DNA of 64,000 nucleotides from Clostridia bacterium. Its GTDB lineage: Bacteria > Bacillota > Clostridia > Christensenellales > CAG-138. Below are positions 28,509 through 40,316 of this stretch, piece after piece. Each line of letters starts with the position of its first letter. The first letter of the stretch is position 1. The position numbers and the translations under genes are program-made. The stretch covers positions 11,369 to 75,368 of the forward strand of contig JAFPXD010000062.1 of NCBI GenBank assembly GCA_017394835.1, written 5' to 3'. The notes below the pieces were generated by a model. The model worked only from the letters and a program-made list of their open reading frames with translations. It ran no database searches and had not been told where the DNA came from.

Positions 28509-29321
28509 TCAGGATAAATACCCTTCTCTTGCCTTTACGCCGAAGCGCTTTTCGAGAAGGTGCATCTCGTCGTCAGTGATGGTATTGAGTATCGGCAAGT
28601 GCGCGATCTTCAAGTAGATCTCCGCGGCCTTTTCGGCGGTCTCGATAAGCCCGAATGTCTCGTCAAGGTCGCGTCCCGCGCCGTATATGCCGTGCTGTGC
28701 CCAGACTACGAGGCGTGCAGTCTCCATCTTTTGTGCTGTGGCTTCGCCGATCTCGATGGTGCCGCAGAGCATCCACGGGAGGACGTTCACGCCGTCGGGG
28801 AAGACGACTATGCACTCGGTGCACATCTGCCACAGGGTGCGGGTGAACTCGCGCTCGTCGAGAGAATGGACGAACGTCATGGCGAGCAGGTTCGCAGGAT
28901 GGCAGTGCATCACGACGCGGTTTTCGGGATCGGCCTTCTGCCGCGCGATATGGCTCATCATGTGCGCGGGGAATTCGCTCGTGAACCTGCCGCCGTCCGA
29001 AAAGCCCCAAAGCATCTCGGCTTCCGTGCCTCGATTCGCCAGGCGGACTATGCCGAGATTATTTGCGGGATCGTACTGCACGTTCTTGAAATACTTGCCC
29101 GTGCCCGTGACGAGGAAGTACTTGCCGTCGAGCTCCGGGGCCGTAAATCCCGTGGGGATAACGCGCACGATCGCGGGGATGTTCAGATAGTTTTTCACCT
29201 CGGCTTCGTCAAGGAGCATGCTGATATTGCCGCCGTTTCGCTCGTCCCAGCCGTGGGCGTACATATTGGTCGTCGTCCTTATCATTTCGATCATGAATGG
29301 CGCATCAAGTACGTTTTTCAT
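28509..29321 (-). CDS. rhaD: Rhamnulose-1-phosphate aldolase
   Basis: GWDERNGGNIS, TSEFPAH, VMHCHP, QHG. Confidence 0.95.
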   Translation of the reverse strand: MKNVLDAPFMIEMIRTTTNMYAHGWDERNGGNISMLLDEAEVKNYLNIPAIVRVIPTGFTAPELDGKYFLVTGTGKYFKNVQYDPANNLGIVRLANRGTEAEMLWGFSDGGRFTSEFPAHMMSHIARQKADPENRVVMHCHPANLLAMTFVHSLDEREFTRTLWQMCTECIVVFPDGVNVLPWMLCGTIEIGEATAQKMETARLVVWAQHGIYGAGRDLDETFGLIETAEKAAEIYLKIAHLPILNTITDDEMHLLEKRFGVKAREGYLS

Positions 29322-30568
29322 TTTCTTGCCTCCAGCACTTGTTCTTCGTATTCTTCGATCTCTTTATACCATTCGCCGTCGACGGGTTTCCCGCAAGCTC
29401 TGCAGTACTCGTCCCATATCTCGCCGAAGGGCAGGGTCTTTAGCTCCTCCTGCATCACCATCAGCCTTGTGAATTCGCCTGAGTCCTGCATAGCTTTCAG
29501 TTCATCGACCGGCTGAAGCAGGGCGAACAGCAGCGCCTTCTGCATGTTCCTGTAACCGGTCACCCAAGCGGAAATGCGGTTGATCGAAGCGTCGAAATAG
29601 TCGAGCGCGATATGCACGCGACCAAAACCGCAGCGCACGATCTCTTTCGCTATCTCCTTTGTTTCGTCGTCGAACAATACTACGTGATCGCTGTCCCAGC
29701 GGATGGGGCGCGTGACGTGCAGCGCGATCTCCGGGAAGAAAGTGAGCAGCGCGGGGATCTTATCGCTGACCACCTCGGTCGGGTGATAGTGCCCGTTGTC
29801 CATAAGGGGTATGCACTTATCGCGGTTCATGGCTGCGTAAGAAAGCGCGAATTCGCCGGAGCCTACGGTGTACGCCTCAACGCCTATTCCGAAGACCTTG
29901 CTTTCCACGCAGGGCTTGACCTTATTAAAGTCGAAAGGCTCGGAAAGAATTGCGTCGATCGCTTCGCGGTATCTCTCGCGCGGGCCCATGCGGTCGGCGG
30001 GGATGTCTTTGAAGCCGTCGCCCGTCCAGATGTTCATCACGCAGGGCTCGCCGAGCTCCTCCGAAAGATAGCTTGAGATGCGGATACACGCCTTGCCGTG
30101 CTCTATCCAGAATTTGCGGGTCGCTTCATTTGAAGAAGATAGCGTCAGCGGATCGCACATGGGATGCGAGAAGAAGGTCGGGTTAAAGTCACAGCCGAGG
30201 CCCCTTTCCTTGCAGAAATCGACCCATTTTTTGAAATGCTTCGGTTCAAGCTTGTCGCGGTCGGCCCACTCTCCGTTTTCAAATATCGCGTAGGAAGCGT
30301 GCAGATTCAGCTTGGGCTTGCCGGGGATGAGGGAAAGTACTTCGTCGATATCCGCTATCAGCTCTTCGGGCGTGCGGGCGCGGCCGGGGTAGTTGCCTGT
30401 CGTCTGTATGCCTCCGGTCAGTGGTTTATTGGGGTCGGTATCGAACCCGCGCACGTCATCGCCCTGCCAGCAGTGCAGGGAGACGGGAACTGTCTTCAAT
30501 TTCTCTATTGCCTTCTCAACGTCCACGCCGTACGCGGCGTATTTTGCCTTTGCTTCACAATAACTCAT
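29318..30568 (-). CDS. rhaA: L-rhamnose isomerase
   Basis: SLHCWQGDDV, GGIQTTGNYPG, ESKVFGIG, RWDSDHV, LDYFDASINR. Confidence 0.96.
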   Translation of the reverse strand: MSYCEAKAKYAAYGVDVEKAIEKLKTVPVSLHCWQGDDVRGFDTDPNKPLTGGIQTTGNYPGRARTPEELIADIDEVLSLIPGKPKLNLHASYAIFENGEWADRDKLEPKHFKKWVDFCKERGLGCDFNPTFFSHPMCDPLTLSSSNEATRKFWIEHGKACIRISSYLSEELGEPCVMNIWTGDGFKDIPADRMGPRERYREAIDAILSEPFDFNKVKPCVESKVFGIGVEAYTVGSGEFALSYAAMNRDKCIPLMDNGHYHPTEVVSDKIPALLTFFPEIALHVTRPIRWDSDHVVLFDDETKEIAKEIVRCGFGRVHIALDYFDASINRISAWVTGYRNMQKALLFALLQPVDELKAMQDSGEFTRLMVMQEELKTLPFGEIWDEYCRACGKPVDGEWYKEIEEYEEQVLEARK

Positions 30569-31839
30569 ATATCTGCCTCCATTTGTATTTTCAGATTCCC
30601 AAGCGCCGTCGCCTCGATGGGCAGGGCGACAACTCTCTTTCCGGTCGCTTCCTCGGTCAGACGGTTGAGGAATGCGTTTTTCGCTCCGCCGCCGACGATA
30701 TAGATGCTGTCATAATGACAGCCGGTGTTGTGCTGCAGCTCCTGTACCGCGTTCATATAGGAGAGAGCAAGCGAGCGGTAAGCGCAGCGGAAGTAATCGC
30801 CGGCCGTCTGAGGCCGCATGGCGAGCGCCGCGTCGAACGCGGCCTTCATGCTCTCAGGGGCAAGGAACGCCGCCGCGTTTGCGTCGACAGTCTCCGAGAA
30901 TTCGCTCGCCTCGGCTTCTGCCGTGATCTGATCCCAAGGCTTATCCGGGCAAAGCTCTCTCCGCAGACGGTTCACGAGCCACATCCCCATAATGTTCTTC
31001 TGGTAACGGTTATAGCCCACTCCACCCTCATTTGACCAATTGGCGAGCTCCGAGCTCACGTTCGTGATGGGTTTATCCGTCTTCACGCCGAGAAGAGACC
31101 AAGTCCCGCTCGAGATGTACGGCGCGTTCTTAACCATCGGGATCCCCTCGACAGCGGAACCGGTGTCGTGCGTGGCGCAGAGAACGACCTTCATTCCCTC
31201 GTATTCGCCGATGACCGTGCCGGGCTTTTGAAGAGTGTTGAATAAATGCCTTGGCAGATCCAGCGCCTCGATTATCGCTTCGTCGTATTCGCCCCTTTCG
31301 GCGTTCACCATGCCGGTCGTGGTGGCATTGGTGTACTCGTGGGACTTTACGCCGGTGAGCTTATACATCAGATACTCCGGTATCATCAGGAAGCCCGTCA
31401 CGCCTTCGAGCCTGCCCGCGAGCTTGTCGGCATAGATCTGATAGACCGTGTTGAACGGCTGGAACTGGATGCCGGTGTGCCTGTAAAGCCGCGTGAAGGA
31501 GATACGCTCATGCACTTTCGGGATGATCTCCTCCGTGCGTCTGTCGCGATAGGCGAAGCAGGGCAGGACCTCCTCATCGCCTTTCATAAGCACGTAGTCC
31601 ACGCCCCATGTGTCGATAGAGAGGCTGACGATATCGTGAAACTCTGCCTTGGCTTTTTCGATGCCCTCATTAACGCAGCCGACAAGGGCTTCGATATCCC
31701 AGACGAGGTGCCCGTCAAGCTCACGAACTCCGTTCGGGAATCGGCAGACCTCTTTTGTCCGGAGCTTGCCGTCCTTCATCCAGCCGACTATGTGGCGCCC
31801 GGATGACGCACCTATGTCTATTGCGAGATAATACTTCAT
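30565..31839 (-). CDS. rhaB: Rhamnulokinase
   Basis: LAIDIGASSGR, IDTWGVDY, HDTGSA, SSGTWSL, NEGG, KNIMGMW. Confidence 0.93.
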   Translation of the reverse strand: MKYYLAIDIGASSGRHIVGWMKDGKLRTKEVCRFPNGVRELDGHLVWDIEALVGCVNEGIEKAKAEFHDIVSLSIDTWGVDYVLMKGDEEVLPCFAYRDRRTEEIIPKVHERISFTRLYRHTGIQFQPFNTVYQIYADKLAGRLEGVTGFLMIPEYLMYKLTGVKSHEYTNATTTGMVNAERGEYDEAIIEALDLPRHLFNTLQKPGTVIGEYEGMKVVLCATHDTGSAVEGIPMVKNAPYISSGTWSLLGVKTDKPITNVSSELANWSNEGGVGYNRYQKNIMGMWLVNRLRRELCPDKPWDQITAEAEASEFSETVDANAAAFLAPESMKAAFDAALAMRPQTAGDYFRCAYRSLALSYMNAVQELQHNTGCHYDSIYIVGGGAKNAFLNRLTEEATGKRVVALPIEATALGNLKIQMEADI

Positions 31840-31843
31840 AGCC

Positions 31844-34387
31844 TTACGCCTCTATAATGTAGCTGCCAGCGCTGACCGTTTCCGGCCTTCTTTCGGGGAT
31901 AACGAGCTCCGCCGTGCAGTTTGCGGGTATTGTGATCGTATAGACCGTTTTGCCGTTTTTGCGTTCCCAGCGGCTTTCGACGAGACCGAAGATACTGTTG
32001 TAGCTCGCCTCGGCATGGGTGAAATGCCCGCCGGGCTGCGGAGCAACGGTGAAATGATTATTGCCCGTGACATTTATGCCGCACATGGTCTTGAAAAGCC
32101 ATTCGACCATCGCGCCCTTTGAATAATGGTTCAAAGAGCCGATGCCGCCCTGAGTGCTGTTTGGACCCTCCCATGCTTCCCAGATGGTGGTCGCGCCGTT
32201 CTTCGGCATGGAGAGCCAGCCCGGAAGCTCCTCGTTTTCAAGCAGACGATATGCCGCCTCGATATTATAGGATGAGAGCACGTAGAGTATCAGCGGCGTG
32301 GACAGGAAGCCCGTGCCGAGCCTCCAGCCGTAGTTTTCAAGTGCCTTTATCAGCCGCTTTTTTGCAAATTCGGTCTGTTTATCATCAAGAAGGCCGAAAT
32401 ACAGAGGCCGCACGAGCCGTGCCTGCCGGTCGGTGTCGAGCGTGTACTCATCGGTTTTGACAAGCTCGCGGTAAGCCGCCCTGCATCCGTCCGAATAAGT
32501 GCGGAACTCCTCCGCGTCCTTCTTGTGTCCGAGCTTCTCCGCGACATCCGCCATCAGCCCGAGCACATGGCAGGTATATGCAGTGCTGACTTCCGGATGC
32601 GGCGCGACGAAATCCTGCCACCGGAAGCCCCCGTCCACGTCGGCTGGCTCAACCCACTCTCCGTAGCTCTGACCCCGGTTTACAAAATACGGCTTCGCTT
32701 CATTCGGAAGCTTCACGTGCTTTCCGAAGAACGGCATCGTTTTCCCGCAGCGGGTCTCCATAAAGCGCGCGTACTTCGCCATGCCGTCGTAGAACTCGTT
32801 AAGGACGGAATCGTCCCGGTTTATCTCGCTGTATCGATGGGGCATCAGCACACCAACATCCGACCAGCCCACGGAGCCGTTCATGGTCCACATATAGAAA
32901 TCAGCGCCGCCGTCCGGAGCGATATGCGGAAGGCGTCCGTTCTTTTTCTGCCAATCGAAAACGTCGTGAAGGTATTTCTTTGCAAACGGCGCGAAGTCAA
33001 ACAGGTATGACGCCGTCGTGAAGAAGAGCTGCGCGTCGCCCGTCCAGCCGTGGCGCTCGCGTGTCGGACAGTCGGTCGGGATATCGAGGTGATTGCCCTT
33101 CGCGGACCAGACCGCAGCGTCGACAAAGCGATTCAAAAGCTCATTGGAGCACGAAAACCATCCCGTGCGTTCGAGGTCGGAATAGACCGCGATCGCTTCT
33201 GTCTCCTTCGGATCGAGCTCTAAATCCGTCTCGACCTCTGCATAGCGGAAGCCGAATACCGCAAAGCGTGTTTTATATTCGTTTATGCCCTCACCGCAGG
33301 TGTAGTCGATCCTCTGAAGAGGCGTTGTAAAGCCCTTCCTCGAGAGCTGTATGTTCTTCTGGGTGAGGTTTCCTTCGTTATCAAGCATCTCGCCGAAGCG
33401 CCAGATCATCCGCTGCCCGACGCGCGCGTTCACACGGAAAGCTGCGTAGCCCGCGATATTCTGCCCGAAATCCAGAAGCTTTTTTCCGTTGGGCGAAGTC
33501 GTAATCACGGGATGAAAACGCTCGTGCTCGCGGACGGGATCATTGTTGGACGCGGAAGGCGTAACATTGTGGCTTGTTTCCTTCGCCTTTCCCCTGTACG
33601 ACGGCTCGCGGAACGCCTCGACGATCTCGCCGTCCTTGTTGTCGGCCTCACGAATGGGGCCGTCGTTCGACCAAGCCCATGTGCCGTCCGTGCAGACCGA
33701 ATCAATAGTGCCGTCGGCGTAGGCTATCTCGAGCTGCATGAGGAGCTTGGTCTCCGTACCGTACTGGTTCCTTCTGCCCCACGCGCCGCAGCTGCCGCGA
33801 TACCAGCCGTCGGCAAGAAGCGCGGTCAGCTCGTGTTCGCCCTCCGTGAGCATTTCGGTCACGTCATAAGTCTGGTACTGCACGCGCTTCGTGTAGTCCG
33901 TATAGCCGGGTGTGAATACGAGATCGCCGATCTTCTTCCCGTCGAGCGAGGCCTCGTAAAGCCCGCAGGCGGTGGCGTACAGTCTCGCTTTCGCGACGTG
34001 TTTTTCTATTGTCAGAGATTTTTTGAAGCAGTCGACCGGGTAGCGGTTCTTTTTATTTACGGAATGATCGCCCGTGATCCACTTGGCCTTCCAATCGGAA
34101 GGTTCCATTAACCCCATCTCGAAGAACGCGCTTTGCGGTTCGCCCGCTTCGCCATGTTCGTCCCAGAGTGTGACCGTCCAGTTGACACGCTCGCGGGAAA
34201 AAAGCTCAAGCGGATACTCAGCTCTCATCGAATCGCTTTCGACCTTGCCGGAATCCCAGCTTTCGGTGACGATCCGATACGCCGTCTGCTTCTTCCCGCC
34301 CTCACAGTTCCACATAAGGCGGGGCTTTTTTATGTCGATGCCGAGGGGGTCATAAAGGTATTCGGTCCTTAACCTTATCGCTTTCAT
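31844..34387 (-). CDS. Alpha-L-rhamnosidase (GH78)
   Basis: [36 protein letters not shown]. Confidence 0.93.
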   Translation of the reverse strand: MKAIRLRTEYLYDPLGIDIKKPRLMWNCEGGKKQTAYRIVTESWDSGKVESDSMRAEYPLELFSRERVNWTVTLWDEHGEAGEPQSAFFEMGLMEPSDWKAKWITGDHSVNKKNRYPVDCFKKSLTIEKHVAKARLYATACGLYEASLDGKKIGDLVFTPGYTDYTKRVQYQTYDVTEMLTEGEHELTALLADGWYRGSCGAWGRRNQYGTETKLLMQLEIAYADGTIDSVCTDGTWAWSNDGPIREADNKDGEIVEAFREPSYRGKAKETSHNVTPSASNNDPVREHERFHPVITTSPNGKKLLDFGQNIAGYAAFRVNARVGQRMIWRFGEMLDNEGNLTQKNIQLSRKGFTTPLQRIDYTCGEGINEYKTRFAVFGFRYAEVETDLELDPKETEAIAVYSDLERTGWFSCSNELLNRFVDAAVWSAKGNHLDIPTDCPTRERHGWTGDAQLFFTTASYLFDFAPFAKKYLHDVFDWQKKNGRLPHIAPDGGADFYMWTMNGSVGWSDVGVLMPHRYSEINRDDSVLNEFYDGMAKYARFMETRCGKTMPFFGKHVKLPNEAKPYFVNRGQSYGEWVEPADVDGGFRWQDFVAPHPEVSTAYTCHVLGLMADVAEKLGHKKDAEEFRTYSDGCRAAYRELVKTDEYTLDTDRQARLVRPLYFGLLDDKQTEFAKKRLIKALENYGWRLGTGFLSTPLILYVLSSYNIEAAYRLLENEELPGWLSMPKNGATTIWEAWEGPNSTQGGIGSLNHYSKGAMVEWLFKTMCGINVTGNNHFTVAPQPGGHFTHAEASYNSIFGLVESRWERKNGKTVYTITIPANCTAELVIPERRPETVSAGSYIIEA

Positions 34388-35922
34388 TCGTTATCTCCTT
34401 CAACCGTATTCGCATCGCGGCGCGCCTTGATCTCCGCCTGCTTTCTCGGCAGGTCCTTTTCGACGTTCAGGAAGAACAGGATCACGACGAGCGCGATTCC
34501 GGTAAAGACTTCCAGTCCGACAAACGCGAACGAAATGACCCAGTTGACGCTTGATGGCTGCTGCATTGCCACGGTCAGCACGCCGTCGGCAGCAGGCTTT
34601 ATGCTGTCGAGCGCGATCTGCGGCGCCCAGCCGTTGGCGGCAAGCGTACTCGCGGCTTCCGATACGGTTTTTGCCGTGAACGGCGCAAGATAGCCCGCCT
34701 TAGAAAGCATCCAGTTGAACACGCCCGTCATGATGCCCACCATCGCGACCGCAATGATGTTGTAGATGGACATAGCCGCGCCGTCGATGCGGAGATCGGT
34801 TTTCCACTCGAGGTGGTCAAGACAGTCCGCAAACAGCGCCATAAAGACATAAGCGCAGGGCAGGCCGCCTATATTCTTGATGAACTGTCCGATCAGAACC
34901 ATGACAAGGTTGGTCTGGAATATCCAGCAGATCAAAGAGCCCACCGCATAGAGGATGAAGCCTATCATCGTGACGTTGCGTTTGCCGAACTTCTTTGCGA
35001 GCGGCCATACAGCAAAGATGCCGATGCCCATCGGAATGCCGCCAATGACGGAGACAAGCATCTGCGTTATGCCGTCGTTATAAGTGCCGAGCACGTAGTT
35101 GCAGTAGTAAACGAGGCCGAGATTCTTGAGTGTCATACCGATCGTATAGATGAGGAAATAAGCATACATGAGTATCATGTATTTGTCCGTAAACAGAAGC
35201 TTCAGCTGCTGTCCGAAGGGAAGCCCTCTCTTCTCGCCCGCTTCCGCCGCTTCCTCGGTCACGCGCTCCTTGGTGAAGAAGTACTCCATCAGCGTCAGCG
35301 GCAGAGCGATTATCGAAAGGATCGACATCAAAAGGATCCATTTGGACTTGTCCACGCCGATCGCAGGCATGACGACCATCGGAAAGACGAGTGCAACAAG
35401 GATGCCGCTCATCATGATCGTGGTGATCTGGTTAAATACCGAAAGCCCGCCGCGCGCCTTGCTGTCGCGGGTAGAAAGCGGTACCATGAGGTTGTGGCTC
35501 ATGTTGAATATGGTGTAGGCGAACGAATAAAACAGGTTGTAGCTGAGCATGACCCAGATCGCCTTTACCGTGTCGGACGCGTTCGGAACCGTGAAGAGCA
35601 GAATGCCGGTAACAGGCACGAGGATCGCCGAAAGCAAAAGCCACGGACGAGCCTTGCCCTCCTTGGTCTTCGTGCGGTCTATAATCTGTCCCATGATCAC
35701 GTTGGTGATCGCGTCGATGACCTTACTTGCGATCGGGAAGACCGTCAGAAAGATCCCTCCCCAGAGCGGCGTCAGGTTCAGCACGTCGGTGTAATACACG
35801 TTGAGGTATGTCGCGAGCACCGCGTTCAGAAGCAGCGCACCGGCGGGTCCAAGCAAATACCCAAGCCATTTCTCTTTTGCAGTGACGGTTTCGCTCGTTA
35901 CAAGACTTCTCGGCAGTTTCAT
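34384..35922 (-). CDS. MFS glycoside-pentoside-hexuronide symporter
   Basis: [13 protein letters not shown] motif; about 12 TM segments. Confidence 0.9.
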   Translation of the reverse strand: MKLPRSLVTSETVTAKEKWLGYLLGPAGALLLNAVLATYLNVYYTDVLNLTPLWGGIFLTVFPIASKVIDAITNVIMGQIIDRTKTKEGKARPWLLLSAILVPVTGILLFTVPNASDTVKAIWVMLSYNLFYSFAYTIFNMSHNLMVPLSTRDSKARGGLSVFNQITTIMMSGILVALVFPMVVMPAIGVDKSKWILLMSILSIIALPLTLMEYFFTKERVTEEAAEAGEKRGLPFGQQLKLLFTDKYMILMYAYFLIYTIGMTLKNLGLVYYCNYVLGTYNDGITQMLVSVIGGIPMGIGIFAVWPLAKKFGKRNVTMIGFILYAVGSLICWIFQTNLVMVLIGQFIKNIGGLPCAYVFMALFADCLDHLEWKTDLRIDGAAMSIYNIIAVAMVGIMTGVFNWMLSKAGYLAPFTAKTVSEAASTLAANGWAPQIALDSIKPAADGVLTVAMQQPSSVNWVISFAFVGLEVFTGIALVVILFFLNVEKDLPRKQAEIKARRDANTVEGDNE

Positions 35923-36048
35923 GGTGTCATTCCTGCGGCTTTGCTTTGCAAAGTCATCCTTTCATGTGATATTTGACGGTTTCGCGTTAGCGAAATTGAC
36001 GCGTCGTCTGCGGCAAAGTCAAATTCATAAAGTTTGAAAACCTTGTTT

Positions 36049-38184
36049 TCAAACTTGGTTCTCCTTCGGAAGTTTAGGTGCGTTTATCTTTTTTATAAAA
36101 CATCCGATCCCTTTGAAAAGATGCCGGTTGGTAAGCTCAACAAAGCCCTCGGCAAAGTTATATGGCATCTGACTGCCTGCGCACATCGAGAGTGACCGCG
36201 GCGAATTGCTGTCCATGATACGCTTCATAAAGAACGCGCCTTTGATCGCATTGTCTCTTTCGGGACCTTCCGGCAGCTTTTCAGCGTGCTTCCTCTGTTT
36301 CTTTAACACAGACATAACAGCGTTATAAAGGATGCGCCCCATAAACGTCTGATTGAAATCGGTAAAGCGCGATTCGAGCGTGACCGGAAAACGCGGAGGC
36401 TCGGGAGTTACGACAAGCTCGTCGGGATAATCGTTTTCGTCCGCGGGCTCAGGCACGATCGAGACCGTTACGCTCTCGCCCGGCGCAAGATACACCTTTT
36501 TGAATCCGCGAAGCTCGCCGTCAATAAATAACCGGGCCACCTCGCCGCCGAAGCGGGAGCCGGTGTTTGTGATCGCCTGCTCGAAGGCTTCGCCGTTTTG
36601 CTTCCATTCTGTCTTTTCGAAGGTCGTGTAGGAGAGCCCGAAACCGAACGGAAAGCGCACCGGAATGTTGTGTTTGTTGTAGTACCGATAGCCGACCTCG
36701 GTACCCTCGGCATAGACCTCATTGATGCTTTTTCCGAATGTTTCGTGCGAGGGAACGTCCTCATATCGGATCGGCCACGTTTCTGCAAGCTTGCCGGACG
36801 GGTTCTTTTCTCCAAACAGCAGTTCATAGACCGCTGTACCGCCGTTCTGCCCGGGGAGGTACATATTAAGGATCGCATCGACCTTGTCGCAGAACGGGAG
36901 CTCTACCGGCGAGCCGCCGAACAGCACTGCGATGACCGGCTTGCCTGTCTTTGTCATTTCGTCTATCAGCCTTAGATGGCTTTCCGGGAGCCGCATATCA
37001 TCGCGGTCGCAGCCCTCCGATTCGTATTCGTCGGTAAGCCCAATAAAAACGATTATCTTGTCGCATTCCTCTATCGGAACGGAGCTTATGCCGTGCGCCG
37101 TAAAAGCATCCTTCGGCGTAGTGAGGCGAGCGGGATTTATCATAGAGCTGCCCGCGCCCTGATAACGCATGTTTTCAAACAGCTCGCCGCAGATATGGAG
37201 TTTGTCTTCGCCGGAAAGAGGGAGAGCTCCTTCGTTCTTCATGAGCACTGCCGAGTCCGCCGCGATCTCGGCGGCGAGCGCGTGATGCGCGTCCCAATCC
37301 ACCGGAGCGGGATCGGCTTGCCTTACATATTTTTCGATCCAGTTGAGGATATTCCGGCAGGCATTGTCAAGGTCTTCCATCGGGAGAGTCCCGTCCTTGA
37401 TCCCGTCCAGGATCCATCTGCGGCAGATCGCCGTATCGCCGGGCATTTCCAGATCGAGTCCGGATTTAAGGCTTGCGACGCGGTCGTGCATTGCGCCCCA
37501 GTCGGTCATCACCACGCCCTCAAATCCCCATTCCTTGCGGAGCACGTCGGTCAAAAGCCACTTGTGCTCGGAGCAGTACGTGCCGTTGATCTGATTGTAT
37601 GCGCACATGACAGTTGCCGGATGCGCATGCTTTACGATGTGCTCGAAAGGCTTCAGATACAGCCTGCGCATCGTGTTTTCAGAGGCGATAGAATTGCCCA
37701 TGAAACGGTAATTTTCGGAATTGTTCAGCGCAAAGTGTTTGACAGAAACGCCGACGCCCTTCGACTGTACGCCGTCTATCTCCGCCGCGCCCATCACGCC
37801 CGCAAGAAGCGGATCCTCGGAAAAATACTCGAAGTTCCTGCCGCACAGCGGATTTCGCTTGATATTAACGCCCGGACCAAGCAGGGTGTGCACACCGTAA
37901 TACCTGCACTCCTCGGCTATCGCTTCGCCCATACGCCGTGTGTTCTCGGGATTCCAGCTCGAGGCGGTTGCCGCCGCCGTCGGGAACGCTGTCGCGGGCT
38001 CGGATTCCGAAACGCCGTTGTCACCGCCCTCCTTCTGCACCCTTAGGCCGTGCGGTCCGTCCGACATGCGTAAAGACGGAATGCCGAGCCTCGGTATGGG
38101 ATTGGTGTACATGAAGTCCGTTCCGGCGACCAGCGCCGCCTTTTCCTCCGCCGTCATTTCGAAGATCAGCTTTTCAATATCCAT
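36049..38184 (-). CDS. GH3 beta-glucosidase
   Basis: SDGPHGLR, GRNFEYFSEDP, VKHFA, VMTDW, ESEGCDR, FPFGFGLSYT. Confidence 0.93.
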   Translation of the reverse strand: MDIEKLIFEMTAEEKAALVAGTDFMYTNPIPRLGIPSLRMSDGPHGLRVQKEGGDNGVSESEPATAFPTAAATASSWNPENTRRMGEAIAEECRYYGVHTLLGPGVNIKRNPLCGRNFEYFSEDPLLAGVMGAAEIDGVQSKGVGVSVKHFALNNSENYRFMGNSIASENTMRRLYLKPFEHIVKHAHPATVMCAYNQINGTYCSEHKWLLTDVLRKEWGFEGVVMTDWGAMHDRVASLKSGLDLEMPGDTAICRRWILDGIKDGTLPMEDLDNACRNILNWIEKYVRQADPAPVDWDAHHALAAEIAADSAVLMKNEGALPLSGEDKLHICGELFENMRYQGAGSSMINPARLTTPKDAFTAHGISSVPIEECDKIIVFIGLTDEYESEGCDRDDMRLPESHLRLIDEMTKTGKPVIAVLFGGSPVELPFCDKVDAILNMYLPGQNGGTAVYELLFGEKNPSGKLAETWPIRYEDVPSHETFGKSINEVYAEGTEVGYRYYNKHNIPVRFPFGFGLSYTTFEKTEWKQNGEAFEQAITNTGSRFGGEVARLFIDGELRGFKKVYLAPGESVTVSIVPEPADENDYPDELVVTPEPPRFPVTLESRFTDFNQTFMGRILYNAVMSVLKKQRKHAEKLPEGPERDNAIKGAFFMKRIMDSNSPRSLSMCAGSQMPYNFAEGFVELTNRHLFKGIGCFIKKINAPKLPKENQV

Positions 38185-38296
38185 ATCGGGTCCTCCGCAA
38201 GCTATTTCACAATGGTATTATATAAAAACGCGTTGTTGATGTATTGCATTATTGTAACATTTTTCGTATAATTGTAATGACTCGGGAGGTGGTTTG

Positions 38297-39487
38297 ATGA
38301 GCGAATTCGACATGACCTATATCGTCAGCTCCATGGCGGCGCTTTCCTGCATACCCGTCAGGCTGTATGCGAACGGCAAATGTGTTTATTCGAGGTTCCC
38401 GACGCCGCTGCCGAAGGATCCGTTTTCGCTCTATTCCGACGAGGTACTGTCGATTTCTTACCACGTCGGCTATTTCGTTACGCCGCTTTTTCACTACTAC
38501 GGCGTGATAAACGCGAAAGGGACGAAGATCGTTATCGGCCCGACCTCGCAGATAATGGCGAACGAACAGGAGCTCAAGGAGCTCGCGTTCCTTGCGGGAG
38601 TATCCAAAGAAGACGTGCCGGCATTCGTAAACGGTATGAACGGGATCCTGCGAATGCCGGTGGAAACGCTCCTTCAGATGCTCTGCACCATGAACCATTT
38701 CCTGAATGACGGCGAGAAGCTCGGGCTTTCCGACATCGCCATTTTCAGCGATGAGCAGGAAGCGCTTAAGAGCCATGTCGAGGAGCGCCGCACAAAGCGC
38801 GTTTATGAGGAAGACAGGAGCGGGATGCCGCACAACGTACTGGCTCTCGAAAACGCACTTATGGATCTCGTAAGGAAGGGCGACGTCGCCGCGCTAAGAA
38901 GCTGGCTTGCCGAAACACCCGCGGTACGCGGAGGCGCCATCGCGCCGAATCAGCTTCGTCAGCTCAGGAACACCTTTATCGTCGCCGCTACGCTCGCGTC
39001 CCGTGCGGCCATCCGCGGAGGTATGCGCGAGGACGACGCATTTACACTTTCCGACGGTTACATTCAGCGTGTCGAGCTTCTGAGCGATCACAGCAAGATC
39101 ATCAATCTGCAGTACAATATGATCCTCGAATTCACCGAACAGGTGGAAAAGCTGAAAAGAGGTGCTCACTCGTCGAAGCTCGTTTCGGACGTCGCAAACT
39201 ATATCCGTCATCATCTGTCCGAACCTATAAGCACGGAACGAATGGCGGATGAGCTGTATATGAGCAGGCCATATCTTTCCGCAAGGTTCAAAAAGGAGAC
39301 GGGCGAAACCCTGACCGATTTCATCCTCCGCGAAAAAACGCAGGAGGCAAAACGCCTCCTGCGCTGGTCGGACAGATCCGCCTCCGCCGTCGCCGCCTAC
39401 CTCGGCTTCTCCTCCCACAGCCACTTCATCCGCGTGTTCAAAAAGTACGCCGGCGTCACCCCGAACGAGTGGCGTGAGCGGCAGTAA
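38297..39487 (+). CDS. AraC-family regulator, divergent from the rhamnoside operon
   Basis: C-terminal double HTH YLSARFKKETG...LGFSSHSHFIRVFKKYAGVTP. Confidence 0.9.
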   Translation: MSEFDMTYIVSSMAALSCIPVRLYANGKCVYSRFPTPLPKDPFSLYSDEVLSISYHVGYFVTPLFHYYGVINAKGTKIVIGPTSQIMANEQELKELAFLAGVSKEDVPAFVNGMNGILRMPVETLLQMLCTMNHFLNDGEKLGLSDIAIFSDEQEALKSHVEERRTKRVYEEDRSGMPHNVLALENALMDLVRKGDVAALRSWLAETPAVRGGAIAPNQLRQLRNTFIVAATLASRAAIRGGMREDDAFTLSDGYIQRVELLSDHSKIINLQYNMILEFTEQVEKLKRGAHSSKLVSDVANYIRHHLSEPISTERMADELYMSRPYLSARFKKETGETLTDFILREKTQEAKRLLRWSDRSASAVAAYLGFSSHSHFIRVFKKYAGVTPNEWRERQ

Positions 39488-39614
39488 AGCCAAAGTCTAA
39501 AACAACTGCGTTCTCAGCAGGGTCATCTGCATTTTTGCCTTTAATCGGCGGCATCCTCGATTTCAGTGCTCAAATACGACGGTTTTTTGACCGCCGTTTT
39601 TTCGTTTTAATACA

Positions 39615-39668
39615 CCTCATCCGACCTCGGGCAAAGGCCCTCGGCCACCTTCCCCTCGAGGGGAAGGC
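39615..39668 (+). repeat. REP-like extragenic palindromic element
   Basis: cctcatc...ccttcccctcgaggggaagg hairpin; related copy inverted at 43091-43146. Confidence 0.6.
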
Positions 39669-39714
39669 ATAACTCTACTTAAGGCGAAGGCATAAACCCC
39701 TCATTTACCCAAAA

Positions 39715-39787
39715 AATTGCATCTTATCGCCCGAAAATGCATCTTGCGTGCCGGGGTGTTGCAATGGCGCGGCGGAGCGGTTACAAT
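39715..39787 (+). promoter_or_regulatory. Promoter with upstream direct repeats (candidate LytTR sites)
   Basis: tgcatctt at 39718 and 39738; TTGCAA-17-TACAAT at 39759-39787. Confidence 0.6.
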
Positions 39788-39818
39788 ACAAACGACACGA
39801 AGAAGGAAGGTGATAACC

Positions 39819-40316
39819 ATGACGAATACGAAAGTTATCATTCATGATCTGGGCGGCGAATACGACGCGGTGTTTGAGGCCAAATGCGACCGCGTCATCT
39901 CCGCGGACGGCAAATACGCCCCCTGCAAGGGCTGCTTCGGCTGCTGGACCAAGCATCCGGCGGAGTGCTCGATGAAGGACGCGCTCCATCAGGCCTGCCG
40001 CGTCATCGGGCGGGCGGACGAGCTGGTGATCGTCACCCGCAGCCTCTACGGCGAATACAGCCCCGCCGTCAAGAACGTGCTGGACCGCGCGATCGGCACT
40101 TCCACGCCGTTCTCCACCTACCGCGGACGACAGATGCACCACACGCTGCGCTACGGCAAACACGAGCTCTGGAAGGTGATCGTCTGCGGCGATATCACCG
40201 ATGAGGAGAAGGAGACCTTCCGCTATCGTGCGGAGCGCAACGCCGTCAACGACGGATATGAGCGTTCGGAAGTCGTTTTTATCCGGGATATTTCGGAATT
40301 GGAGGAATTGCTGTGA
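39819..40316 (+). CDS. Flavodoxin/Fe-S flavoprotein-like protein
   Basis: CKGCFGCW..HP.EC motif, YSPAVKNVLDR. Confidence 0.75.
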   Translation: MTNTKVIIHDLGGEYDAVFEAKCDRVISADGKYAPCKGCFGCWTKHPAECSMKDALHQACRVIGRADELVIVTRSLYGEYSPAVKNVLDRAIGTSTPFSTYRGRQMHHTLRYGKHELWKVIVCGDITDEEKETFRYRAERNAVNDGYERSEVVFIRDISELEELL

